Shown here: piece after piece, positions 17,398-27,308 of the stretch
How the letters are laid out: the number at the start of each line of letters is the position of its first letter
Position numbering within the stretch: the stretch's first letter is position 1
Assembly (NCBI GenBank): GCA_964548875.1
Contig: CAZJSP010000002.1
Coordinates: forward strand, 1-39,689
Direction: 5' to 3'
Length of the DNA: 39,689 nt
Source: an uncultured Candidatus Saccharibacteria bacterium
GTDB taxonomy: Bacteria > Patescibacteriota > Minisyncoccia > Minisyncoccales > JANBVM01
Made by a program: the position numbers and the translations under genes
Notes under the pieces: model-generated
Told to the model about the DNA's origin: nothing
What the model saw: only the letters and a program-made list of their open reading frames with translations
The model's database searches: none

Positions 17398-18605
17398 TAT
17401 GGATTAAAAAGTTTAATAAAGTCTTTAATTTTATGACCAATTTTTTTAAAAAAACCATCTTCCTTTTTTTCTTCAGACAAAATATCCATTCCTGATAAGG
17501 CTAAGCCATAAGCAGTAGCCAAACTTAAATCATCTTCTGTTTTTAATGGTCCTTCAAATTTTCCTAAAGTAGAATGAAGAGAAAATTCTTTTTTAGACAA
17601 TGAAACTATTCCCTTTAAATTTGCTCCTCCTCCCGTTAAAACTATCCCAGCTGGTAGTGATTTTGTGGGAACTTCTTTTTTCATTTCTTTAGCAATCTCT
17701 TCAAATATCTGAACAATTCTAGACTTAACAATTTTAACCAAAAACTTCTTAGAAAACTCCAGGGGTTCTTCTTCTCCAATATTAATTTTAATCTTTTTGT
17801 CTTTTCCTTTAAAAGAACAAGCCCCATGATCAACTTTAATTTTTTCAGCAATATCAGGATCTATTTTTAATCCAATAGCAATATCAGAAGTAATATTATT
17901 AGATCCGATTGGTAAAACATTAAAATAAATCAAATGATTGTTTTTAAAAGCAGCTATAGTACTAATTCCAGCTCCAATATCTAAAACAGCACAGCCTAAA
18001 CGCTTTTGCTTCTCAGTTAAAACAGCTCGAGCAGCAGCAATAGGAGACGGAATTTTTTCTATTATTTCTAAGCCTGCATTATCCAAGGCTTTTTCGGTAT
18101 TGGATAGATAAGGTTCAAATCCTCCTAGGGCCAGGACATCGACTTCAAGCCTTACTCCCTTTAACCCGTAGGGGTTTTTAATATCTCCCATGTTATCAAC
18201 AATAAAATTCTTAGGGCGGGCATCAAAAATAACATTGTTAGAGGGAAGATTAATAATTTGAGCAGCCTCTATCACCCTTTCAATATCCTCTTTAGATATT
18301 TTATGATCTGCTCTTGAAACAGAAACCAGGCCATGAGAAGACTGAGAGAAAAGATGACTTCCGCTTAAATTAACAGAAACAGAGCTAATATCTCTGTCTG
18401 TCTCTTTAGTAATTTGATTAAAAATATTTTTTAAAACATTTGATGTTTTTTCAACTTCATCAATTGTCCCCTTTCTCACACCCAAAGATTTGGCTTTAAA
18501 AAGACCAGCCAACTCTAACTTCTCCTTAGAGGTTTTTCGTAGTATTAAAACCTTAGTTTTAGCAGTTCCTATGTCCAAACCAACGGAAAGATATTCTTTT
18601 GACAT
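17397..18605 (-). CDS. ftsA: Cell-division protein FtsA (actin-like ATPase)
   Basis: Motifs GLDIGTAKTKVLI, VLDIGAGISTIAAF and VLTGGGANLKG. A C-terminal amphipathic helix is present (FFKKIGHKIKDFIKLF). Confidence 0.93.
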   Translation of the reverse strand: MSKEYLSVGLDIGTAKTKVLILRKTSKEKLELAGLFKAKSLGVRKGTIDEVEKTSNVLKNIFNQITKETDRDISSVSVNLSGSHLFSQSSHGLVSVSRADHKISKEDIERVIEAAQIINLPSNNVIFDARPKNFIVDNMGDIKNPYGLKGVRLEVDVLALGGFEPYLSNTEKALDNAGLEIIEKIPSPIAAARAVLTEKQKRLGCAVLDIGAGISTIAAFKNNHLIYFNVLPIGSNNITSDIAIGLKIDPDIAEKIKVDHGACSFKGKDKKIKINIGEEEPLEFSKKFLVKIVKSRIVQIFEEIAKEMKKEVPTKSLPAGIVLTGGGANLKGIVSLSKKEFSLHSTLGKFEGPLKTEDDLSLATAYGLALSGMDILSEEKKEDGFFKKIGHKIKDFIKLFNP

Positions 18606-18609
18606 TAAA

Positions 18610-19044
18610 TTATTTTTTTAAAAAATTTAAATAACGTTTTTCTTTTTTTCTCATTTTTTTAGCCTCTTGTTCTTTTTTATGATTATATCCTAAAAGATGT
18701 AACAATCCATGAATCAGCGCCCACATTAATTCATCTTTATAATCTTTTTTAAATTTTTGGGCATTTTTTTTAATCATTTCTGGACAAAGAACAATTTCTC
18801 CGATTAAACTATCTTCTTTGTTTTCAAATTCAATAATATCATTTTTATAAGAAAAAGATAATACATCGGTGGGGATATTCTTTTTACGATATTTTTTATT
18901 CAGATTTTTAATTTTTCCAGAATCAAGAAAAACTATAGATAGGGGTAGTATTTTCCCTTTTTCTTTTTGAAGAACAACTTCTACTATTTTTTTCAAAAAA
19001 TCATTATCAATATTTTCAGAAGTAAGATTATTAATCTGAATCAT
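18610..19044 (-). CDS. ybeY: rRNA maturation endoribonuclease YbeY
   Basis: HGLLHLLGYNH zinc-binding motif; 144 aa. Confidence 0.92.
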   Translation of the reverse strand: MIQINNLTSENIDNDFLKKIVEVVLQKEKGKILPLSIVFLDSGKIKNLNKKYRKKNIPTDVLSFSYKNDIIEFENKEDSLIGEIVLCPEMIKKNAQKFKKDYKDELMWALIHGLLHLLGYNHKKEQEAKKMRKKEKRYLNFLKK

Positions 19045-19047
19045 AAA

Positions 19048-19542
19048 TTAAGAAAGGATTTCTCGAACAATTTTTGAAACTAAGGATCCTTCCGCCCTGC
19101 CCTTTATCTTAGGCATTACGCTTTCCATAACTCTACCCATATCTTTCATCTCTTTAGCCTGAAGACGAGATATTTCTTCGTTAACAATCTTTTTAACTTC
19201 CTCCTCTGTCATTTGTTCGGGTAAATATTCTTCTAAAATCTCTATTTCTTTTTTTTCTTTTTCAATTAGATCCTTTCTATCTCCCTTTTTAAATCCCTCT
19301 ATCGATTCTTTTGATTTTTTAATTTTGGTAACAATAGTATCTAAAATCTCTTCCTCTGTTAATTCACTTTCTTTGAGAATGTCTTCTTCTGAAATATCTT
19401 TTTTTTCTTGACTAATCTTGTATCTTTTTTCTTGCTGTTTTTTTTCAAGATCTGCTCTAAGCATCTTTAAAACAGAAAGCTTAGCTTTCTTTTGTTTTTT
19501 AAAAGCCTCTTTAAAGTCTTTTTTAATGATTTCTTTAAGCAT
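19048..19542 (-). CDS. yqeY: GatB/YqeY domain protein
   Basis: The N-terminal LSVLKMLRADL and C-terminal KDMGRVMESVMPKIKGRAEGSLVSKIV patterns are typical of YqeY. Confidence 0.85.
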   Translation of the reverse strand: MLKEIIKKDFKEAFKKQKKAKLSVLKMLRADLEKKQQEKRYKISQEKKDISEEDILKESELTEEEILDTIVTKIKKSKESIEGFKKGDRKDLIEKEKKEIEILEEYLPEQMTEEEVKKIVNEEISRLQAKEMKDMGRVMESVMPKIKGRAEGSLVSKIVREILS

Positions 19543-19757
19543 TATAATCTCCCTAATTTTTTCAATTTCTGATATTCTTCTGCTTTCTTAATCTTTCTTA
19601 ATGCCTTTCTTTTTTTGAGTTGACCAGAAAGTGGGCGCTGAAAAGACTTTTTCTTTTTAGCTCTAATTAAAATCCCGCTCTTTCTTACTCTCCTATTGAA
19701 ATCACGAATAAGACCTCGTGAACTTTGTTTTTGTTTTCTTTTAATTTTTAAAGCCAT
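19542..19757 (-). CDS. rpsU: 30S ribosomal protein S21
   Basis: RDFNRRVRKSGILIRAKKKKSFQRP pattern. The track ORF (to 19778) starts at a TTG overlapping the HIT gene. The ATG at 19757 (MALKIKRK) lies just after the HIT stop and is more plausible. Confidence 0.85.
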   Translation of the reverse strand: MALKIKRKQKQSSRGLIRDFNRRVRKSGILIRAKKKKSFQRPLSGQLKKRKALRKIKKAEEYQKLKKLGRL

Positions 19758-19762
19758 AATAA

Positions 19763-20095
19763 TCAAGAGGTTTTCCAACCCCCAAGAAGGTGGAGATGAA
19801 GGTGGTCAATAATCTGTCCTCCTCCCCGACCAACATTAAATATTAATTTATAACCTTTATCTTTTAATCCAAGCTTATACGCTATTTGCTTTGCCGTCAA
19901 GATAATTTTAACTATCAGTTCTTTATTTTTATCTTTTAAATCATTAACCGATTCAATGTGCTCTTTAGGCACAACTAAATAATGAATAGGAGCTTGAGGA
20001 TTAATATCTTTAAAAACAATTAAATCTTTATCTTCATAGAAAATATCAGCTTTTTCTTCTTTTTTAATAATTTTACAAAAAATACAATCTTTCAT
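19763..20095 (-). CDS. HIT-family (histidine triad) nucleotide hydrolase
   Basis: HLHLHLLGG histidine-triad motif; 110 aa; 4-nt overlap with hisS. Confidence 0.9.
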   Translation of the reverse strand: MKDCIFCKIIKKEEKADIFYEDKDLIVFKDINPQAPIHYLVVPKEHIESVNDLKDKNKELIVKIILTAKQIAYKLGLKDKGYKLIFNVGRGGGQIIDHLHLHLLGGWKTS

Positions 20096-21381
20096 TTTGT
20101 TTTTTTCTTCATGTAATCAACTATATTTTTAAGTTTGATTTTTCTTTGTTTCCCGCTAGCCATATTTCTAACTAGAATTATTCCGTCTAAAGCTTCTTTT
20201 TGACCTAAAACCAAAGTATAATCCACTTCTAGTTTGTCAGCCATTGAAAGTTGAGTTCTTAAAGAGTCCTTTCCAAAAGATTCATAAATAGGAACTCGAG
20301 CCGACATAAAATCTCCTTTTAATTTTAAACATTTTCTTTTAGCTAAAGCCCCAACTTGAGCCAGAAACACCTGAGGTTGTTTTCTTTCATATAAATCTAT
20401 GTCCTGCTTGTCCATTAATTCCACTATCCGATCAATCCCTAAGGCCGTTCCAACTGCAGGAGTTCCTCCCTCTTTTTTACCTCCTAACAAATTAATTAAA
20501 TGGTCATATCTTCCTCCTCCCCCCAAAGCAATATTCGGTCCTTCCCCTCCTTTTCGAGCTGAAAAAACCTCAAAAACACTTCTATTGTAATAATCTAATC
20601 CTCGAACTAGATAAGGATTAAGAACATAAGGAATTTCCAATTCTTCTAAAAACTCAAGAAGTTCTTGAAAATCCTTTTGACAATTTTTACATAGATTATC
20701 TATTAGTTTCGGGGCTTGAGAAATTACAACCCTGCATTTCTTCTTTTTACAATCTAAAGCTCTCAAAGGATTATCTTTTAATCTTTTTAAACAATCAGAA
20801 CATAAATAGTGTTTCTTCGATTTAAGATACTTCTTTAAGTCTTTAATGTAGTCAGGCCGACAACACTCATCTCCCAGGCTATTTACTTCAAAAACTAAAT
20901 CTTTTATTTTCAGCCTATCTAAAATCTTATAAACCACATCTATAATTTCTGCGTCCCTAGCTACGCTTGGTTCTCTTAAGGTTTCTAGACCAAACTGCCA
21001 GAACTGACGATATCTTCCTTTCTGAGGCTTTTCATAACGAAAAAATGGACCAAAGTACCAAAGCTTAGAAGGACTAGGAGTATTTTTCATTCCATGCTCT
21101 AAATAGGCCCTTACAATTCCAGCCGTCCCTTCTGGTCTTAAAGAAAGATTGTCCCCTCCCTTAGTTTTAAAACTAAACATTTGCTTTTCAACAACTTCAG
21201 TAGACATTCCAATGCCTTGTGAGAACAATTCTGTCTCTTCCAAAATTGGGGTATCAATTTTTTCAAAATTATAAAAATGAGCTATTTTTTTAACAACCTT
21301 ATAAACTCTTTCAAAATATTCTTGGTCTTGACCAAAAATATCTCTCATGCCTCTAATGCTTTGAAATTTATTTTTTGCCAT
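20092..21381 (-). CDS. hisS: Histidyl-tRNA synthetase
   Basis: Motifs RGMRDI, LRPEGTAG, YFGPFFRYEKPQKGRYRQFWQFG, GGGRYD and VRGLDYY. Confidence 0.95.
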   Translation of the reverse strand: MAKNKFQSIRGMRDIFGQDQEYFERVYKVVKKIAHFYNFEKIDTPILEETELFSQGIGMSTEVVEKQMFSFKTKGGDNLSLRPEGTAGIVRAYLEHGMKNTPSPSKLWYFGPFFRYEKPQKGRYRQFWQFGLETLREPSVARDAEIIDVVYKILDRLKIKDLVFEVNSLGDECCRPDYIKDLKKYLKSKKHYLCSDCLKRLKDNPLRALDCKKKKCRVVISQAPKLIDNLCKNCQKDFQELLEFLEELEIPYVLNPYLVRGLDYYNRSVFEVFSARKGGEGPNIALGGGGRYDHLINLLGGKKEGGTPAVGTALGIDRIVELMDKQDIDLYERKQPQVFLAQVGALAKRKCLKLKGDFMSARVPIYESFGKDSLRTQLSMADKLEVDYTLVLGQKEALDGIILVRNMASGKQRKIKLKNIVDYMKKKTK

Positions 21382-21383
21382 AA

Positions 21384-21944
21384 TTAATATTTTGGATAAC
21401 TAAAAACGCTAATTGAATCAATAGGCCAGGCTCTTAAATAGGCCTTGCCAATAATATTTTCTCTAGGAACAGCCCCCCAACGACGGGAATCTGATGAAAA
21501 CATTCTATTATCTCCTAAAAGAAAATATTCATTTTCTCCTAATTCAGCTTTAATATTGCCTAAAGTTAAATTGTCGGAAGAAACATACTTTTCATTTAAT
21601 ATTAGTTCTCCCGAATTATTAATAATAATTATCTCTCCATTTTTAATTTCTAAAGACTCCCCTGGCATTCCAATAATTCTCTTAATATATAGTTGAGAGG
21701 GGTCTTTAGGGTATTTAAAAATAACTACTTCCCCTCTTTTAGGCTCTCTAAAACGATAAGTAATCTGATCAACAACCAAATAGTCCCTATCTTCAAAACT
21801 AGGATACATTGAAGAACCCTGAACAAAAAAGGGTTGGAATAGAAAATATCTTATAGGAATAACTATAAGAAGAGCAAGAACAATCATTTTAATTGCCTCA
21901 ACAAAAAAAGAGTCTTCCCGAGGGCTAAAAAACTTATTTTTCAT
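21384..21944 (-). CDS. lepB: Signal peptidase I
   Basis: N-terminal TM. GSSMYPSF (Ser), YIKRIIGMPGE (Lys) and GDNRMFSSDSR boxes are present. Confidence 0.92.
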   Translation of the reverse strand: MKNKFFSPREDSFFVEAIKMIVLALLIVIPIRYFLFQPFFVQGSSMYPSFEDRDYLVVDQITYRFREPKRGEVVIFKYPKDPSQLYIKRIIGMPGESLEIKNGEIIIINNSGELILNEKYVSSDNLTLGNIKAELGENEYFLLGDNRMFSSDSRRWGAVPRENIIGKAYLRAWPIDSISVFSYPKY

Positions 21945-22007
21945 AAAAATTCAAGCTTAATAAGGTTATTTTAACACCTTTTAGCCTATAAATCAAATTG
22001 GACTTTC

Positions 22008-22035
22008 TTATCAAAAAGAATAAAAATGATATAAT
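22008..22035 (+). promoter_or_regulatory. Candidate sigma70-type promoter for pth, placed so that the mRNA would be leaderless or nearly so
   Basis: TTATCA (22008-22013), a 16-nt spacer, then a perfect TATAAT (22030-22035). Only 6 nt separate the -10 box from the pth ATG at 22042. The AT-rich background makes chance matches likely. Confidence 0.3.
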
Positions 22036-22041
22036 AATCAA

Positions 22042-22605
22042 ATGAAAAAAATAGTAGGGTTAAGAAACCCAGACAAAAAATATCAATTCACTCGCCATAA
22101 TACGGGGGAGATTATTCTTGAATTAATTAAAGAAAGAGAAGGATTTCCTAATTTTAAAAAAAATAAAAGGTATGGAGCTCTAGTCAGCAAGGGATTCTTT
22201 GAGGAAGAATTTTTAATGGTTTTGCCTAATACTTTTATGAATTCTTCAGGAAAAGCAATAAAAAAGATAATTAAGAATCCCGACAATCTTTGGATTATTC
22301 ATGATGATATAAGTATTTCTTTAGGAAAAATTAAAATCAGCAAAGGAAAGGGGGCCGGTGGACATAAAGGGGTTCAATCAATTATAGATGAAATTAAAAC
22401 ACAAGAATTTGTCAGATTAAGAGTCGGCATTCAACCCTCTCATCCAGTCGCCTCTGAAAATCTTCCTAATTTTGTCCTTCAAAAATTTACCAAAAAAGAA
22501 TTAAAGGAAATAGAAAAAGCAAGCGTTACAATAACAGAAATAATTAAGTTGGCTCTCAAAGAAAGTATAGAAAAAGCAATGAGCAAATTTAATCAAAATG
22601 ACTGA
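22042..22605 (+). CDS. pth: Peptidyl-tRNA hydrolase
   Basis: Motifs GLRNPDKKYQFTRHNTG, MNSSG, HDD and GGHKGVQSI. Confidence 0.93.
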   Translation: MKKIVGLRNPDKKYQFTRHNTGEIILELIKEREGFPNFKKNKRYGALVSKGFFEEEFLMVLPNTFMNSSGKAIKKIIKNPDNLWIIHDDISISLGKIKISKGKGAGGHKGVQSIIDEIKTQEFVRLRVGIQPSHPVASENLPNFVLQKFTKKELKEIEKASVTITEIIKLALKESIEKAMSKFNQND

Positions 22606-23242
22606 AATCAAAAGAATTGATATTAACAATCAAAAATATCCTTCCTCTTTAAAAGCAATTAATAACCCTCCTCAAAATCTTTACTACAGGGGTCTCTTTT
22701 TGCCAAATGAAATCTGTTTTGCTATTGTTGGAGCCAGGAAATGTACAGAAAAAGGAAAAACAGCTGCTTTAAGAATAGCGAAAAAATTAAGTAATTATTT
22801 TACAATTGTTTCAGGATTAGCATTAGGAATTGATTCAGCCGCCCATCTTGGAACAATAGAAAATGGTAAAAGAACAATTGCAGTATTGGGAAGCGGAATA
22901 AAACAAAAAGAAATTTATCCTTTTCAAAACAAAAAACTAGCCAATCAAATAATAGAAAAGGGAGGTTGTCTTATATCAGAATTCCCTGACAAAAAACATT
23001 TTTATCCAAAAAGATTTTTAGAAAGAAATAGAATAATAGCTGGCCTTTCAATTGCTATTCTAGCCATTGAAGCAAAATTCAAATCAGGAACATCAAGTAC
23101 AATTAGAAAGGCTCAAAAACAAAACAAAAAAGTATTTACCTTTAATTCTGATCAATTTTCTAATACAATACCCATTAAAAGTTATAAGGGAATATTAAAA
23201 CAATTAAAAAATGAAATTAATTTTAGTCGAAAGTCCAACTAA
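22598..23242 (+). CDS. dprA: DNA-processing protein DprA (Rossmann-fold core only)
   Basis: Motifs IVGARKCT, VSGLALGIDSAAH, RFLERNRIIAGLS and SGTSSTI. It is only 214 aa, so the N-terminal SAM and C-terminal winged-helix extensions appear absent. Confidence 0.88.
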   Translation: MTEIKRIDINNQKYPSSLKAINNPPQNLYYRGLFLPNEICFAIVGARKCTEKGKTAALRIAKKLSNYFTIVSGLALGIDSAAHLGTIENGKRTIAVLGSGIKQKEIYPFQNKKLANQIIEKGGCLISEFPDKKHFYPKRFLERNRIIAGLSIAILAIEAKFKSGTSSTIRKAQKQNKKVFTFNSDQFSNTIPIKSYKGILKQLKNEINFSRKSN

Positions 23243-25253
23243 AACAAAAACCTTAAAAAAGTTTTTAGGAAAAGACTACACTATTGCTGCAACTGTAGGT
23301 CATATTCGCGATCTTCCAAAAAAGAAATTAGGGATTGATTTAGAGAACAACTTTGAACCTCAATATGTTGTTTCTCCTCAAAAAAGAAAAACCATTAAGG
23401 AAATTAAAGAATTACAAGAAAAGGCAGATCAAATTTACCTGGCCATGGATCCTGACAGAGAGGGAGAAGCAATAGCTTGGCATTTAGCTGAAATTTTAAA
23501 AATAAAGAACCCACAAAGAATTGTTTTTCATGAAATCACTGAATCAGCAATCAAAAATGCCTTAAAAAACCCTAGACCAATGGATATGCAGTTAGTCAAT
23601 GCTCAGCAAGCTAGAAGAATTTTAGATAGAATTGTTGGTTATAAGCTCTCCCCTTTTCTTTGGAAAAAGGTTTTAAGAGGGTTGTCGGCTGGAAGAGTTC
23701 AATCTGTAGCAGTTAAATTAATTGCAGACAGAGAAAAAGAAAGAAACAAGTTCAAGCCCCAAGAATATTGGACAATTAAAGCTGTTCTCCAAAAGGAAAA
23801 AGAAAAAATAGAATCAACTCTAACAAAAATCAATAAAAAGAAAGTAGGAAAAAAAGACATTAAAAAAGAAAAAGAAGCTAAAGCAATAACAAAAGATTTA
23901 GAACAATCTCAATATCAAGTTCAGAAAATAAAAAAGAAAGAAAGAAAAAGAAACCCCCTTCCTCCTTTTAAAACATCAACTCTGCAAAGAACTGCTTGGA
24001 GCAGACTAAACCTATCTTCAAAACAAACAATGAGAACAGCTCAATCCCTTTATGAAAAAGGATTAATCAGCTATCACCGTTCAGACTCTTACGCTCTTTC
24101 TAAGGAAGCTCTTTCTTCCGCTAAAGACCTTATTCAAAAAGAATATGGAAAACAATATTGGCAAAAAGAAAGAATTTATAAAAATAATTCAAAAGGAGCA
24201 CAAGAAGCTCACGAAGCAATCCGCCCAACTAATATTGAAAAGACGCCCAAATCTCTTAATCTTAAAAAAAGAGAATTTAAACTTTACCAGTTAATATGGC
24301 AAAGGTTTGTTGCCTCTCAAATGTCTCCAGCTCTTTTTGATAGAATGATTATCAATATCCAGGCTAAAGGAGAAAAACAATATGAGCTAAAAACTAACGG
24401 TCAAACATTAAAATTCAGTGGATTTTTAAAAGTCTATCCAATGAAATTTAAAGAAGAAATAGTACCCGAATTAAAAGAAAAAGAAGAATTAGATTTTGTT
24501 AAAGCAACCCCTTCGCAACACTTTACTAAACCCCCAGCTCGATATTCAGAAGCCACTTTAATTAAAGCCTTAGAGAAAAATGGAATCGGTCGACCTTCAA
24601 CTTATTCAACAATTATCTCAACTATTCAATCAAGAAATTATGTCGAGAAAGATGAGTCAAAAAGGCTTAAAATTACTGAAGTTGGAACAGAGGTTAATAA
24701 AATACTATCTAAACATTTCGAAACAATTGTAGGCACAAGCTTTACAGCCCAAATGGAAAAAGATCTAGACAAAATAGCTGAAGGACAAAAAGAATGGAAA
24801 GAAACAATTAAAGATTTTTACTCTCCTTTTAAAGAAAAATTAGAAAAAAAAGAAAAAGAAGTTCCTCATAAAAAAGAAAATCACGAAAAAACAGACAAGA
24901 AGTGTCCTGAATGTGGATCTCCTATTCTAATAAAGCTCGGAAAATATGGTAAATTTTACGCTTGTTCTAACTGGCCTAAATGTAAATATACAAAACAATT
25001 AAAAAAAGATGGTTTTAAAATCCCTTGCCCAAAATGTAAAAAAGGGAATCTAACTAAAAAAAGAACCAGAAAAGGTAAAACCTTTTATGGGTGTTCTAAC
25101 TGGCCTAAATGTGACGCCGCTGCTTGGTATGAACCAACTGGGGATTTATGCCCTAAATGCCAATCTCTTTTAGAAAATAAGAGGGGCTATATCAATTGTT
25201 CTAACAAAGATTGTAAATACAAAGAATTTGTAGACAAAAAGAAGAAAAACTGA
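23211..25253 (+). CDS. topA: DNA topoisomerase I (type IA) with three C-terminal C4 zinc ribbons
   Basis: TOPRIM motifs (LILVESPTKTKTL, DPDREGEAIAWH) and an active-site Tyr context (ISYHRSDS). Zinc ribbons: CPECG..CSNWPKC, CPKC..CSNWPKC, CPKC..CSNKDC. Confidence 0.95.
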   Translation: MKLILVESPTKTKTLKKFLGKDYTIAATVGHIRDLPKKKLGIDLENNFEPQYVVSPQKRKTIKEIKELQEKADQIYLAMDPDREGEAIAWHLAEILKIKNPQRIVFHEITESAIKNALKNPRPMDMQLVNAQQARRILDRIVGYKLSPFLWKKVLRGLSAGRVQSVAVKLIADREKERNKFKPQEYWTIKAVLQKEKEKIESTLTKINKKKVGKKDIKKEKEAKAITKDLEQSQYQVQKIKKKERKRNPLPPFKTSTLQRTAWSRLNLSSKQTMRTAQSLYEKGLISYHRSDSYALSKEALSSAKDLIQKEYGKQYWQKERIYKNNSKGAQEAHEAIRPTNIEKTPKSLNLKKREFKLYQLIWQRFVASQMSPALFDRMIINIQAKGEKQYELKTNGQTLKFSGFLKVYPMKFKEEIVPELKEKEELDFVKATPSQHFTKPPARYSEATLIKALEKNGIGRPSTYSTIISTIQSRNYVEKDESKRLKITEVGTEVNKILSKHFETIVGTSFTAQMEKDLDKIAEGQKEWKETIKDFYSPFKEKLEKKEKEVPHKKENHEKTDKKCPECGSPILIKLGKYGKFYACSNWPKCKYTKQLKKDGFKIPCPKCKKGNLTKKRTRKGKTFYGCSNWPKCDAAAWYEPTGDLCPKCQSLLENKRGYINCSNKDCKYKEFVDKKKKN

Positions 25254-25269
25254 TAATTTTAAACTAATT

Positions 25270-25352
25270 GCCGAAGTGGTGGAACGGCATACACGTGGCA
25301 CTCAAAATGCCATGGGCGCAAGCCCGTGTGGGTTCAAATCCCACCTTCGGCA
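25270..25352 (+). tRNA. tRNA-Leu (anticodon CAA), class II with a long variable arm; no encoded CCA
   Basis: Hand fold: acceptor stem GCCGAAG/CTTCGGC plus discriminator A. Anticodon stem TGGCA/TGCCA with loop CTCAAAA. Variable stem GGGC-GCAA-GCCC. T arm GTGGG-TTCAAAT-CCCAC. Confidence 0.9.
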
Positions 25353-25358
25353 CATTCT

Positions 25359-26351
25359 CTATTTTTTTCTTTTAATAATAAAATTAGATAAATCAACAAG
25401 AGATTTTTTAGCCTCATTATTAGGAAGTCCTTTTAGATAAGAAAGGGCTTCTTTAATAAGCTTTTCTGATTTTTTCTGAGCAAAATCTAACGACCCCTTT
25501 TTCTCCAACCTTTGAATGGTTTCTTTTATTTTTAAAGAAGAATTGTTTTGATTCTCTAATATTCTTTTCATCCATTCTTTTTCCTGAGAAGAAGAATTTT
25601 CAAAATAATGAATAATCATTAAAGTTTTTTTACCCTCATTTAAATCACCCCCTATTTCTTTTCCATATTTTTTTTCAGAACCAATTAAATTCAATAAATC
25701 ATCTCTAATTTGAAAAGCGATTGCCATTCTATAACCAAAACTCTCTATCAAATCTAAGTTATTTTGAGAGGCTCCAGCAATAATAGCTCCCAGCCCTAGA
25801 GGTAAGCTCCCTGTATAAATTCCTGTTTTATAGCCAGCCATTTTTAAATAGTCCTTAACATTAACCTGGTAATTATTTTTCTCTGCCCAACCAATGTCTA
25901 AAGCTTGACCCTGAATAGTTTTAAAAACTCCTTGAGTGAAATGCTTAAGAATTTCCAAACATTTCTTTTCTCCCAAAAGATCCTCATTTTCTAAAAGAAT
26001 ATCGTAAGTTTTAATTAAGAGACCATCTCCTGCATTAATACTTAAGGGAATCCCATATAACTTATACAAGCATTTTTTACCTCTTCTTAATTGGCTTCTA
26101 TCTTCAATATCATCATGAATAAGAGCAAAGTTATGAAAAAACTCTAAAGCACAAGCAGTAGGAAGGGCTTTTTTAACTTCGCCTCCAAACAGCTGACAAG
26201 ATAAAGAACAAAGAGTTGGCCTTAATAATTTCCCTCCCCGATAAAAATAGTCGTTCATTAAGGGAAACAAATCTTTAATTTTACCCTTTTCTAAACGACT
26301 AAATATTTCTGATTGAAGCTCCTTTTTAATTTTCTTAAAATAATTATTCAT
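25359..26351 (-). CDS. Polyprenyl diphosphate synthase (short-chain trans-prenyltransferase, FPP/GGPP-type)
   Basis: First Asp-rich motif IHDDIEDRSQLRRG and second motif FQIRDDLLN. KT and GKK motifs typical of the family are present. Confidence 0.9.
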   Translation of the reverse strand: MNNYFKKIKKELQSEIFSRLEKGKIKDLFPLMNDYFYRGGKLLRPTLCSLSCQLFGGEVKKALPTACALEFFHNFALIHDDIEDRSQLRRGKKCLYKLYGIPLSINAGDGLLIKTYDILLENEDLLGEKKCLEILKHFTQGVFKTIQGQALDIGWAEKNNYQVNVKDYLKMAGYKTGIYTGSLPLGLGAIIAGASQNNLDLIESFGYRMAIAFQIRDDLLNLIGSEKKYGKEIGGDLNEGKKTLMIIHYFENSSSQEKEWMKRILENQNNSSLKIKETIQRLEKKGSLDFAQKKSEKLIKEALSYLKGLPNNEAKKSLVDLSNFIIKRKK

Positions 26352-27295
26352 CCAAGTAAAGAAAGAATAGCTTTTGATATTTTTTGCGAATTATTATGAA
26401 GGGAGGGCTTTTCTCCTAATAGCGCCCGACCAATAAATTTGTTGGGGTTTAATTGAGAACTAAAGGAAGCCATCTCTAAGAAAACAGGGCGTTCTTTTCT
26501 AATCTTTTTTAGCATTTCTGTATTAATTTCCTGGGTATTATACAGAACATAGTCTAAATCACCTCCCAAATACTTTTCTACTTCATTAGAAAAATCTTCA
26601 ACTTTAAAATTTTGAGTTTCTCCTTTTTTAGTCATTAAATTACAAACATAAACTTTTTTAGCCTTACTATTCATAATCGCCTCCGGTATACCCTGTACTA
26701 AGAGAATTTGAATTAGAGAAGAATAGAGGTCCCCTGGACCCATTACTATTAAATCAGCCTCTTCAAATATTTTTTTTAAAGGGGGATAAATTTTAGCCTT
26801 CGGCTTTAAAAAAACCTTTTTAATGCTTGAATCATGTTGAGCAATATCAATATTGGTTTCTCCCTCAATAATTTCTCCACTTTCTAATTCGGCAAACAAA
26901 CTTACACTATTAATTGTAGACGGAAAAACATAATGATTAATATTTAAAATTTTATGAATCTCTTTCCGCACCTCTTCGTAATCATTAGAAGATAAATGCA
27001 ATCCAGCAATTAACAAATTAGCTAGATTATGGCCCTTTAATTCTCCTTTTTGAAAACGATAATTAAAAAAATCTTCCATAGATTTGGAAGTGTTGGCCAG
27101 GGCCAAAAATGCTCTTCTAATATCTCCAGGAGAAACAATATTATAGTCTTTTCTTATTCTTCCTGAAGAGCCCCCCGAGTCTAACATGGCAGAAACAGCA
27201 TAAAGAGTAACTGAAGGATGATTTTTTAATCCTTTTAAAACAGCTTCTGGCATAGCGCTCCCCCCGCCCAAGCAAATTATTTTCTTTTTTTTCAT
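26348..27295 (-). CDS. YvcK/CofD-family (UPF0052) protein
   Basis: Patterns IICLGGGSAMPEAVLKGLK, DSGGSSGRIR, PGDIRR and GPGDLYSSL. Confidence 0.85.
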   Translation of the reverse strand: MKKKKIICLGGGSAMPEAVLKGLKNHPSVTLYAVSAMLDSGGSSGRIRKDYNIVSPGDIRRAFLALANTSKSMEDFFNYRFQKGELKGHNLANLLIAGLHLSSNDYEEVRKEIHKILNINHYVFPSTINSVSLFAELESGEIIEGETNIDIAQHDSSIKKVFLKPKAKIYPPLKKIFEEADLIVMGPGDLYSSLIQILLVQGIPEAIMNSKAKKVYVCNLMTKKGETQNFKVEDFSNEVEKYLGGDLDYVLYNTQEINTEMLKKIRKERPVFLEMASFSSQLNPNKFIGRALLGEKPSLHNNSQKISKAILSLLG

Positions 27296-27308
27296 AAAAA
27301 AACACGAA

